A stretch of 64,000 nt of DNA, from the NCBI RefSeq assembly GCF_000143415.4, contig NW_003314308.1:372001-436000 (forward strand), written 5' to 3'. Shown here in pieces: positions 13,088-24,809 of the stretch. Under the pieces are notes generated by a model. It did no database searches and had not been told where the DNA came from. It was given only the letters and a program-made list of their open reading frames with translations. Both the position numbers and the translations under genes were made by a program. Each line of letters opens with the position of its first letter. The stretch's first letter is position 1. Source of the DNA: Selaginella moellendorffii (Eukaryota; Plantae; Lycopodiophyta).

Positions 13088-13612
13088 TTATGGACAAAAC
13101 GTGATAATGTAATCGCCACCGCTTGGACAGGGAACCATTTTCGGATGGCAGTAGTGGTTGCGACACTGGATAGACTTACACCCGGCAGCGGTCGGGGAGA
13201 TGGCGAGGGGGACGCTCCCGCGAGAGAACCCGATACCATAAAAGTCGGTGTCTCCGGAGTGGCCGGAATTGAGCTGGAACTCGGCTATACTGGATGGAAG
13301 AAGGTTGGTAATGTAGAAACTTCCCGAGAGAGCTGCGGTGGATTCAACAGGGACCTGTCCGGTGCCTCCAGCCTCGAGCGTGAAGACGTTCCTCAGCGCC
13401 GTGTGGTCTCCTTCCATATGCATCTGGACGTTGAGAGTGAAGTCGCAGTTATTCCTCGTCTGGAATGTGGTCACAGCTGGTCAGAGCAGGACAACGATCG
13501 TTAGAACCATAGATCTGCAAGTGGAAGGGGAAAAAGCAAAGCCCGCAAACAAACCGTGAACTGGGATCGTCGAAAAGAGCAGTAGCAGCAGCGAAGCTAT
13601 GATCTTCTTCAT
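13088..13612 (-). CDS. Very small secreted thaumatin-like protein (~148 aa), 2 exons
   Basis: Signal peptide MKKIIASLLLLLFSTIPVHA splices to VTTFQTRNNC. Also contains AEFQL, DFYG and the thaumatin C-terminus CPSGGDYIITFCP. Confidence 0.8.
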
Positions 13613-13859
13613 CTTGGTCGGGAGCAAAATCACGCACGCAGCAAAGCTCCGGCTTATGAATCGCAGCCCGGGGAGAAATCACACAAAGTAATTGGATGTA
13701 AACGTGGTTTTCCAGAGCTTGAGTGGATATCCAAGAGTCCAGATAGCTTTCACGAGGAACAACAGAGCTCCCACTATGGCGACACTTGGAAGAGTGTCAG
13801 AGGTGGTATATTGCGATCCAAAACTCCACTATCGTCACTAAATCAAATAGAATCGGCAT

Positions 13860-14178
13860 ATTCCATATTCTATTTCCCGCATAAACCCTAGAAAGAAAAT
13901 TTTGGGGGGTGGGGCCATACCACTGCTGCTACTGGATTTGCCGCCATCGCTCTCCATGAGAATCGCGAGCGCGCGAGGTTTTCACTTTGGGCCGATGTTC
14001 CGCGGATGAGCAGGTCAGGAAGAGCATTTTGGAAGAAAAAATTTGTTTGATTGATACGAGTGAGAACAGGAGTGGAGATGCTCTTCATTACAAAGGTTTT
14101 TTCTTTTCTTCTTTCCTTCTTCTTGGTTTTCATTCTAACTTCTTACAGGTTATAGTAATGCGATGAGATTCCCAACAC
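13860..14178 (+). pseudogene. Deleted 5' fragment of AAR2
   Basis: Collinear with 24750-25256 but with many small deletions. A 3' AAR2 remnant (ttttactcatgctg..cagcctgttgac) reappears at ~15870-15910. Confidence 0.85.
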
Positions 14179-14329
14179 TCTTTGATGATTTACTCGACCA
14201 TCTTCCTCTCTGCTGCAGACACTGCTTTTGCTACGACAGATATGACTCCGTCGCTAGGCTCTAATATGAACGAACGTGGGAAAGATTAGAAAGATTTTAG
14301 GCTAATAGACTTACCATGCCGTTTAATCA

Positions 14330-15720
14330 ATGCCTTCTTCCCATCTTCGAAAGTGGTGAAGATCGTAAGGAGCTAGATTCTTATCAAACTTAAGGTTTCT
14401 AACTGCATAAGCATATGATCAGAAAACAAAGAAGTTTTTATTAAAAGAGAAAAGATTCATTGATGTTGAGATGGCATCTATGAGTAAAAGGATGTAACCA
14501 TATGTGCAAACAAGTGGGCAGATAAGAGGAATCATCATATCATAGGGATTGTGGCATATAGTCAAGGACATGTAACTTTTTTGAAAGCTAACAATATTTC
14601 CTCAATAAAAAAAAACAGTTGAGAATACTTTGCATTGCTAAGTAGAAGGCATTAACATTGTGGGTGCAGAGAATGTTGTCATGGTTGTAATAAATGGGGA
14701 AAATGCAAACAAAGTAACAAAAACAATTCTGAAATAGAGGTACTCATTTCCATGGATAGTAATGCTTCTGGAGTGAAGAAAGGCTTTGGTGAGCTTCATT
14801 AGAAACCACTCTCATATGGTGGTGTTGCTAATGGAATTTACTCATAAACGAATGTTGTGCTATAGTGATATAAAGTTTGGTTAACTTTATTATGATAGAG
14901 AGGATAGTGGAGCTTCGAGAAGCTCTATAACAAATGTTCATATACTCTATGTATAGAGCAAGGCCTATGAAGGCAAGAGTTGGCAGAGACAATTATGTAA
15001 CTATATTTGATGACCATTTTCAAGAACAAGCTAAGGACATATTAGAGGTACTTGAGGATGCTATACTACTACTTCGTCTTGTGGACGATGATATACTTAC
15101 AATTGGAAAAATATATAAGTGTATAAATAAGTTGAATGGAAGTTTAGAGGAACAATAATCAGATTATGGTAGATATAGAGAACTTCATCAAATTATGTTT
15201 AATTGGTGGCATGAGTATCACTTGCTCATGCACTTGGTGAGATATATACTAGACCCTAAGTTTAAGACCATGAAAAACATGCTAACAGAAAAGTTATGAA
15301 GGATTGGAATGCTTATTTATTAGCCATATTTACATCTAGTGAGAAGGATGTAATATAGGATGAGATTTTAACTTACAAGAGGATAGGAAACATTTTCAAC
15401 TCAATTGATGCTAAGGCTAATCACACTAAGAGGGGAGTTGTATGTTGGTGGAAGAATTATGGTTATGAAATTCCAGTGCTTTAGAAGCTAGCCATTCAAG
15501 TTCTAAATCAAGTATGCTCATCACCTTTGGTGGAGAGATTGTTTAACACTTTCAAGCATGTCTCTTCAAAAAAGAGGAATAACCATGATTATGACAAGTT
15601 TTTAAGCTACAAAGTACTAAAAACAATTCCTCATCTGGAAAACAAACTTGAGTCAGGAGAGGAAGAGGAAGATCGAGATGATGTTGAAGATAATGATGAT
15701 TTGTAGGATGTTTGAGTAGT
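14330..15720 (+). mobile_element. Degenerate hAT transposase (DUF659 plus C-terminal dimerisation domain)
   Basis: Remnants TICANKWADKR, GAENVVMVV and WWKNYGYEIPVL*KLAIQVLNQVCSSPLVERLFNTFKHVSSKKRN. Many stops, CpG-poor, and located between the two AAR2 remnants. Confidence 0.85.
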
Positions 15721-17549
15721 TTATATATAATAAAAAGTAGCATTCCTAGAATTAAAAATAGATATTCTTAGAATATTCACTAGAATATTAGTGAGCCATC
15801 ATGAGCAGTGATCATAGGTTCTAAAGCTCATGTTCATGTTCCATGTTAGTGTTTGTAACTATGCATAGGTGATTTTACTCATGCTGCAGCCTGTTGACAG
15901 AGAGATCCTTAAGCACCCCCTCTGCGCCCTTCTGGGAGCAGGGGGCAAATCAACAAAAAGGTGTTTTTTATTATTTTTTAAAAATTACTCCAAATATTAG
16001 AAAGCTAAAAGAAACTGCCATACTTTGCCAACTTTGTTTTAAAGCCAACTTGTTCCCATGCACGTATTTGGAGCTCTTCTACCCACCACGAAAGTCTTCG
16101 TTCTAGCATGTATGGGTAGAGCTTTGAAAAGCTCCTACTCACCATTATACTGTGGTTGGTTGGGAGCATGGGATCGCTAGTTTTGTGGACTGGAACTATG
16201 CTCAAGATCATTTAGCAAATTCTAATTCCTGCTTCTTTGCTTGCGCCATGGGCCAGAGATGAAAGAAGGGCTGCATGAATACTTTGTGCCAAACATTCCC
16301 ATACTCATGCCACTCTTGCGCAAACACCACAACATCTAGACATAGTCGATATAAGTCACAACTCAGTTGAAGAGCTGTTAATGGTTTACTGGTATTCATA
16401 AATCTCACCTTTCTCAATGCCATTTTTAACATCCTCTATCTTCTTTCCAAACTTCTTGTTTCTGGTGCTGCTGTAATTTCCTGGTTTATGATAGGTCCTT
16501 AGTCCTGGCTTCCTCCTCTAATGGCTCTGGATACCTTAAACTAAGCTCCCACCTTGCGAAAGCTTGTAAAACTTAACTTGTTTTGCCAGGAATTCTCGTA
16601 TATGGGTAGGAGGGGTTGCTCTTCCAGTGTACTCCGACTTCCATGTGAAGCCATTGTGAGTGCATGAAGTACTGTCTCAAGTGGAACACAGTAACTTGTG
16701 TGACATTAGACACTTTAGAAGCCTTTGTCCCTAATCGGTAGTTCACCTCTAGAACGAAATCTTGCTTGTCCTCTTTGAGGTTGGTCTGTTATTTTCTAAG
16801 GAATTTGTACAGGGTTGGTCTCGTTTTTTGAAGATAATTTACCAGGTAACTAGTGGTCTTGGTCTCCAGAATTTTCAGTTGGAGCCTAGTTGCAAAGGCA
16901 GCCGGAGTAGATCCTATGGATTCCAAGAAACTATGAAAGGCCTGCAAGATAGTAACAGAATTGTGGGATTACTTTCTTACCTGTGGTACATCATCAATCT
17001 CATTGTCACTGCTGGAAGTAGTGTCCAAATCGACGCCCGTGAGGGACAACGTACTACGTCCCTCATCTTCATTCAAATTGACGATATAACAATTTCATAG
17101 AGGTTACAAAATGGAACTTTCAAATATTACATAGTAATGACTTCGGATGAATTCCAGGGAAGGCAATTAGCAACTCAAAAAGAAACGGGTGGACCAAACG
17201 TGATAGATTCAGTCAAAGCGGTACTTAGAATGAACATGAGAGTAGGTATGTACTCTCAAGTACGTAGGTACGTACCAGCGCAGGTACGTATTTGCGCGTA
17301 AGTACAAAAGTTCTAATAGATTGATGGTGGTGTCCAAATCTGGCCAGATCTGGAGGATGGTAGAATAGTCAAGAGCCATAGATCAACCTCTTTCATGTTT
17401 TTCTTCTTTACATGTTCGCCAAAACCTTTTCATTCCAGCAAGTTGAGAAATGGAATACGATGTGACTGAGATGGTGATGGATCGAGAATTTGGAGGCTTC
17501 TGGCAGCCGAGGTAGAGCTCCATTCCTGAGAGTTATGACACTTCCCAAC

Positions 17550-18590
17550 TTAAGTGCGAACGTGGATTTCCACACAAGGGTCACCAAGCTGTTGCTGCTG
17601 CCGTCGCCGCAAGATGTTCATCGCTCGAGCCATTATGTAACAAGGCAGAAGAAATCCTGCGGCGCCGAGAAAGAAGAGCTGGACAAAATCAAAGTCTCAA
17701 CAAACCAGGAGACATCTATCCGAGTTTAAACGCTACCGTAAAGAAAGTGGAGGCGTCGCCGTCGCTCCCGGCGGCACCAAGAGCCAGCGTGAGACGAAGT
17801 AGCAGCAGTGCCATCAACTGAGACCCGAGGTAAAAGCTCTTGTCATTCGGAAAAAAACACAAGAACTAATGCGAGTGTACTTACGATGACTGCAGTAGAA
17901 CGGCAACAGGCAGCTCCGGAAGCATTTGCAGCCGCGTAGTCATCGATTTCCTGGATGAAGTTACGCTCGGCAGCCATTGCCATGATTCGAGGATCAAGCT
18001 GATGGTGGCTTCTCCATTCGACGTTCCTGCCAAGAAACAAAACGATGGAAGGTACTTTAGCACCTTCGCTTCACAGAAGATCGCTGACTGACGCTACATA
18101 CCTGGAGTGGTCATCGGGGAGAGCAACAGGAGCGGCAGGACGGACTGGCTCTGTGCAGCCTTTAAAAGGCTGCAAAACAGGACACCGAGAAAAAGAAAAG
18201 AAAACGTGATCGGAATCAGCGAACACGAGCAAGGTAAATCATAAGTTCAGTGCGGATGATGCTACCTGCTGACAAATCTCGCAGATGGTGTCCCCTTTTT
18301 CGTTGCACCAGCACTGCACGCACTTTCGATGAGCATACTGCCAAAACCAGAAACTTGCTTAGAACTCTCAGCCGGCACGAAGAACATACTTTCAAGCTGC
18401 CGCAGCAAGAGCACGGGATTTCGAGATTCCCAGCCTCGTCTTCCTCTAGGCAGATTCTACATTCGTCCTGCTGGGATTTTAGCGATGGTGGCGATGGTGA
18501 GTGATCCTGGTGATGGTGCTGCTGCTGCCGCTGATCAATTGGGAAGATGGAAAAACTGGTTTTTGATGAGCAGCGACAAGCTGGTTCCAT
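17550..18590 (-). CDS. RING-CH (MARCH-type)/DUF3675 E3 ligase, duplicate with altered termini (possible pseudogene)
   Basis: Exons CRICLEEDEAGNLEIPCSCCGSLK / YAHRKCVQCWCNEKGDTICEICQQ / ..AACCRSTAVI / LMALLLLR. The ancestral ATG at 18657 now meets TAA at 18607. The last splice donor has changed GT to CT. Confidence 0.6.
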
Positions 18591-18979
18591 TCTTCTGGAA
18601 GTGGGATTAGCGCAAACAAGCGCCGAGCCTCTCGACGTCTAGAGCGTGATCTTCCATATAAGCCGTGTGTGGAGCGAAGATCACAAAAAGGAAGAGGAGA
18701 AAAAAAATGGAGGAAGAAGATGTTTTCCAAAACGGTAAAACTCGTTTTAGTGTCAACATTTCTAGCCGAGAACTGGGAGTGAACGAGTGAAGCATGCACG
18801 AGACATTCCGCTGCTGCAGCGAACAAAGAGAAGGAAAAAGGAGAGAAGAAAAATCACCAGCACAAGAAGAAATCCTTCTTCAAACGATCATCAGGCCATG
18901 GCAGCTTTTATAGGTCAGAAAAGAAAAGAACCTCTGAACGTTGAGTCCCAAAATCCTCAAATATATAGCAAAACTGCGA

Positions 18980-19385
18980 GAAGGTGGTGGTTTGAAGTTC
19001 CGGGAAGTATAGGCGTAGACGGCATCAGAAAATGGCATATGCCACATCCTCAGCTCACCTCCAATCGTTCTAGTGGTGGAGATTACCGTGCAAGCGTCTA
19101 TTTCCTTGAGTACGTACTCGCAGACTTTCTCTCGCACGCCTGTCGGGGTCAAGCCTCGCATACTTCCTCCAAGGTTTCGAGGGCGCTATTAATTTTCCGC
19201 CAGCGGTGGTGGTCAATTGAAGTTCTGGAAAGACAAGCGTACTCCGGGCATTAGAAAATTGCATATGATATCCCACATCCAGTTGGCAGATCGGGCATCT
19301 CCAATCGTCCCCGCCTCCTCGCTATACCGTGCAAGCGTGCGATTCCTCGAGTACATATGTGGAAAGTTTTTTCTCACTCCCAGAC
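18980..19385. repeat. Diverged ~225-bp direct repeat, two units
   Basis: tggtgg..tgaagttc..ggcat(c/t)agaaaat(g/t)gcatatg..ctccaatcgt..taccgtgcaagcgt..ttcct(t/c)gagtac at 18985-19140 and 19207-19380. Confidence 0.75.
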
Positions 19386-20419
19386 TTTCACTCTGAAATG
19401 ATAGATTTGACCCAATGTATGGCCCAGCAGCATGTGGTCTTATTTTAGGAGCCATAGACATGGTTAGTTAATTAAATAAGTTTAACTAATATAATGCTTC
19501 CTTGTTGCGCTCGTCTACGGGAGTTCCATTAGAGCTAGAGTTTCTTGAATAGCTTACTATGTGTGTTTTCTTCTCAGCCAAGCCTGGCACTGAGAAAGCA
19601 GGATTTCAGCGACGTGGAGAGATCGACAGTGCGGCTGCTGGTGGGGAGAGATCGACCGTTGTTTCCTCTCGATTCTAGCAGCAGCAATCTCCTCGTGGAG
19701 CTCCTGCTCTCCACAGCAGGAGCAGCAGCATTTGGGGCTGGGACTGGGGTACATTATGCCACAAGTGACTGCTTTCCCTCGCTCAAGTGCCAGCAATAGC
19801 ATTTTCATTCTGGCAAAAGCAAAGCTCGTATTGTGGCTCGTGGCAATGGGGGTCCAAGGTCCTACTGGACGAATCAAAACGAGAACCAGCAAGCAATCAC
19901 AAGGTTTCGCCATGGATGCCACAGGAAGAAATCCCTTCTTCTACCGTCTTTCGGCAGCTCCAGGACGACGCAGCCATGGTGGTAAACATGATCTATTCTT
20001 TCTGTGGCTTCCATCTTTTTTCTTTTCTTCTCGGCTAGATCTTGGAGAAGGGTGACTATCTCATGATGCAGAACCTAGGAAAGTCAGGTTAGTATTTTTA
20101 TTTTTTTGTAAGTCTTTCTTGATCAATCTCAAGACAGAGTCATCTTTTGCAGCCATCAAGTTTAAGACGGAGTCATCCTGGCAATCAAGTTCAAGGCGTA
20201 GTTGAGACCACTCCGGTTCATCAGCTATTTCCAGACAACTTCACTTTTTTAATATATGATTTCAAGCAGAGTCTTCAGCCAATGTGGAGTTCTCCACGAC
20301 CACGGCCATCAAGAGTTCTCGATGGGCGAGTGCCATCAAACACAAGGCTGCTGAGTCTGAGTGTTACAAGCACAATAAGGTGGTCTCAATTTCCTTGAGA
20401 GGTATTTCATATGTCTCAA

Positions 20420-23400
20420 AGAACGCTCAAAAGAAATACGATAAAATAAAATTAAGATACTATAAATAATGTTATTTAGTATTAATTATTAATCCAATTT
20501 TATAATTATAAACATGTTTAAAGTTTATAAACAAAAAATTAATATTATTGCACAATCCTAAATGATTTCCCTCCAAACCCAATTCTCAATAGTCTTCCAG
20601 GACATCTCCATTATTATAGGCAATCTTAGTTCTTCCAGGCAGCTTATCAAGGTAACAATCAAGAAGTGTTTAACACTTCTTCTAAATAAGCATTTAGAGG
20701 GTAGTATAAACAATGGAGGTATGGGGAGAGAAGGAAATTAGTTTCTTCAAGTTAAAACTACTTTAAGACTCAGGTAAGTATCAAGAAGTGTAGTTCTTCA
20801 TAACAGTAGGGCAATACTTTAGTATTTTATATAGTTTGTCATGTAACTTTTAGTGTGCACAACCTATAAATTATTTTATTGTGCAGCAACACTAAATCCT
20901 TTTGATCTACCAATTCACTAAGATCAACTTCACACGATCACCCGTGATACAAAAAGGTTTCTTATATATAAAAAGATTATCAATTGTCTAATAACATCAT
21001 TATTCCATGTGTTTAGGGCAAATTCATTTGATGATATGACACTTTTTATTTTAGTATTTTCCCCAGTAGCATTCTTGTTTACTAAGGGCTTGTGCATTGC
21101 CTATGCTAGTCAACACACAAAATCAATCCAAATAATTATGGATGCCATTATCAACAAGTAAAGCTAGATTTAATTATGTTTATTTATGCATAATTTTTAT
21201 TCTTCCTCTTTGCACTATATGAATTAGTTTTGTTAGTGTGGTCAGATGTCAAGAAGAAAGTATGACATTATTATATTTATTGATGTTTAAATTATTTGAT
21301 GAAAGAAAAAGGCTGAGGGGAAGCAATCTAAAAGTAAAGATTGAAAATTTAGAGTATTTTGTTCCAAGGCATTTGAATTTAAGACTATCTTAACCATGTT
21401 CTATAAGAAAGAATATTTTTTAGAATGAATTAATTAGAATTGGTTTCTTAGTATCACTAATCTAGTAGAACAATCACCCAAAATAATGGATAGCCTCAAA
21501 CAAGACTTAAAATCAATTATATACTATTATCAATGGCATTTTTGTGAACTATAAATTTTTCCTTTTCAATTTGTTAATTTACCTTGTCTATCTAACCACC
21601 ATTACTTTGGCCTTAGTTAAGTTCCCTTGCTAAGATTCTTGTTTATTATACCAACTTCTACCTAGTTTTACTTGGTTTTAACTACTCATTACAGAATGTT
21701 AACTATCCATTCACGAATTATTAAATTCTCTCTTAATCCCCCTCCCTAGGTTAAATTAGATTTAAAGGTTTGACTACACTTCCTGCAAACATAAGCAGCC
21801 AAACACACAAATCCTTTAGGTTTTTAACCTCCCTTGGTATAACAAGGTTTGATCATGGGACCCTTTAAATCCTAGTTTTGGGTGCATTTTTTGCTTCAAG
21901 ACTATAAGGGGAAACATTACGGTTTAATGGCTCAGTATAGGTACTTTTACTCCCCCATTTGCATCCTAAAGGGAAGGTCCAAACCCTTAAGAAAGAGCAA
22001 GGACTAATGAGCTGTATGATACTCAAATGAGGCATTATTTCATTTGAGCTAAGAACATTGTAATCAGTTTTTCTTTCGGGAATGGGAATTGCTCTTGAGG
22101 ACTTCCTTGGGTGGTTTCTTTGGCATTAGCCGAGTCTGTACTCACTCCCACCAAAAGCCATTAGCCCCTAGTCCCAACTTCGGTTTAGAAGTAGTTTAAT
22201 CAATTTCGAAGTAATATTAAAAAGTTCCTTCAAGACTGGTTCCTACACTTCATTATCCTTACTATACTTTTTGGAACCTTTTATAACAACCCCTTACAAT
22301 ACTCCTTATGCCCCCGCCCCCCCCCCCCCCCCTATACCCCCCCTTGGGAGATGATTGTTTTGTGCTTTCACCCCACGATCTATATTAGTACTCAGACTTG
22401 ATTTCAGATTTGGTTTTGAACTCGACCTCAGATTTAATTTTGAACCCAATCTTGGATCTCAGACTCAGTCTTGAACTTGGTCTCGAACTTAATCTTGAAC
22501 TCGGTCTCGAACTTAGTCTTAGGCTCAATCTCATCTGATGAACTTTTTATCGTTTCAATCATAATTTTAGGGATCCTTTAACATACGACATTAGTTCCTT
22601 ACATTTTTTTAATATTAATCCATATAACTTAAAAGATGACTTAGGGTTTTGGTGGTAGAGCTTGTGGCATAAAGGACTTTGGGGTGCTAGGTGCTAACTT
22701 CACTTAATAAGCCACTTTATTGATTGTTCCAAGGTTTTATAAGATAACTTATCACTTCTCTCATCTCTTAAGAATATGATGGTTACAATTTTGAGCCACT
22801 TGCAAGTTCCTCTTTCATATTTCATCCAATTTTATGATAAATTCTTTGTCATTTCATCCATATAAAATTTACATAAACTATATTCAAAAGCTATTTTTCA
22901 ATGACAGCCATACATTGCAAAGTAAAGTGTCATTTTGATGCCACTATGCTATTATTATAAACAAACTTTAACTTATCCTATTATCCTTCTTGCCTATAAA
23001 CAATGCATCTTAGCATGTCTTCAATCACCTAGTGGACTCATACAATTTATCTATTTGTGTGAGTTGTGTTTTGATGAGGAATGAATCTTGAGCTTTGCAT
23101 GTTGATTGGCTTGTTGATTTATTATTACACTAAGAATTTTAAAAAGCATTAAGACTATTATGCATTATCCTCCTTTATAATCTTTGTTGTTGACGAAGAG
23201 TATTACTGATTAGCTCTCTGATCTCAACAACTTGCTCAATTAGATATTTCAACTGAGAATATTAACCCATAATAGTAATTCTACCTTTTAATTTCTATCT
23301 ACACTTCCAAGACTGAAAATTAAAAAGACAAGAGTGTAAAATATTTTCCATTGGCATCCATTGCATAATGTGCCTCTAGCTGGCCTAAAACCATGTATTA

Positions 23401-23700
23401 TTACCATGACAATAAAATTTAATTATAAAGACAATAATACAAGAATAAAGCATGACTCAAATATAACAAAATAGTGGAAAACACTTAAGAGCTGCTATAA
23501 AAGATCTCTTTTGCAAAGATTGTTGCTACTTTAGTAAGATAAAAGTGGGGCAGCCTAAAAAGCTATCCCAGAAGATGATCCTGTAAATATTAATTGAAAA
23601 GTTGAGAAGCTCTCACAAGTGGGAGTGATAACTTCATAATAGATTTATTTTATAAAAGCACAAAACAAATAATATTCTTAAAGCCCAAAAAAAAACTGCG
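20420..23700. mobile_element. AT-rich, CpG-depleted block, probably old methylation-decayed transposon(s)
   Basis: Abrupt compositional shift and no ORF of 60 aa or more over ~3 kb. CG dinucleotides are scarce. Contains a poly-C tract and a degenerate 12-mer repeat. Family not assignable. Confidence 0.45.
22390..22533. repeat. Degenerate 12/24-bp tandem repeat (GAACTCGGTCTC-like)
   Basis: gaacttggtctcgaacttaatctt gaactcggtctcgaacttagtctt plus weaker flanking units. Confidence 0.7.
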
Positions 23701-23718
23701 GGGTCCAAGGATCTACCG

Positions 23719-24750
23719 GAATGACCAAGTGCTTGTCCCAGTGGAAATCGATTCTGTGCATTCCTCTCCTTTATGAGGCTTGCCTTCTCGCCAGTGTAAA
23801 ACGCAACCAAATGAGAACCAAGACGATCTACTTCCAGGGGCAAAACGTTCTCGAGACTATAAGTCTGGCGTTTACATCCTTCTGAGCTTGTCTTACTACG
23901 TTTCAGCTGCCGGAGACACCGACTTTTATGGTCTCGCGGGAGCGTCCCCCTCGCCCTGTCCCCGACCGCGGCCGGGTGTAAGTCTATCAAGTGTTGCAAT
24001 CACTACTGCTATTCGAAAATGGTTCCCTGTCCAAGCGGTGGCGATTACATTACCATGTCTAGTCCATAAGAAAAAAAAACTTACTTTGTGTGGCCGACCA
24101 CTTCCAGCAAGTTGAAAGAAGAAGTCCCGGAGTTCATCGTCGTCGTGAAAAGCGAGAGCTTACAAGGCATCAGGCCGGATGGCTGCTGAGGAGACCGACA
24201 GTGGCCGCGGAGGCAGCGCCTAGCTATCTTCCGACTTTGAGTGGCCGGAATTGAGCTGGAACTCGGCTATACTGGATGGAAGAAGGTTGGTATTGTAGAA
24301 ACTTCCCGGAGCGCTGCTGTGGATTCAACAGGGACCTGTCAGCCTCGAGCGTGAAGACGTTCCTCAGCACCGTGTGGTCTCCTTCCATATGAAGTCGCAG
24401 TTATTCCTCGTCTGGAATGTGGTCCGGAAAGTCACAGCTGATATCAGAGCAAGACAACGATCGTTAGAACCATCTACAAGTGGAAGGAGAAAAGGCAAAG
24501 CCCGAGAAAGCTATGCAAATAAACCGTGAACTTGGAGCAGTACTAGCAGCAGCGACGCTATGATCTTCTTTATCTTGGTTGGGGGCAAAATCACGCAGCA
24601 AAGCTCTGGCCTATGAATCACGGCCCTGGAGAAATCACACAAGATATCCCGGGAAGTGGAAGTAATTGGATGGAAATGTGGTTTTCCAGGATCTCCTTCG
24701 TCGGCATCCAGAAGTCCTGATAGCTTTCACGAGGAACAACAGAATTAGCA
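23719..24750. pseudogene. Decayed duplicate of the DUF1218 and thaumatin-like genes, with an internal inversion
   Basis: Collinear with ~12545-13860, except that 23911-24238 is the reverse complement of 12888-13256. Many small deletions. Confidence 0.9.
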
Positions 24751-24809
24751 TATTCCATATTCTATTTCCCGCATAAACCTTCGCATAAACCCTAGAGAGA
24801 ATTTTGGGG

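Noticed and set aside
15920-17380. Insert with short ORFs as a gene or a named TE
   Set aside because: No recognisable domain or termini. Left unassigned.
19700-19723. 9-bp hairpin GCTCCTGCT/AGCAGGAGC
   Set aside because: Lies in CAG/CTG-rich sequence and is too short for a miRNA precursor.
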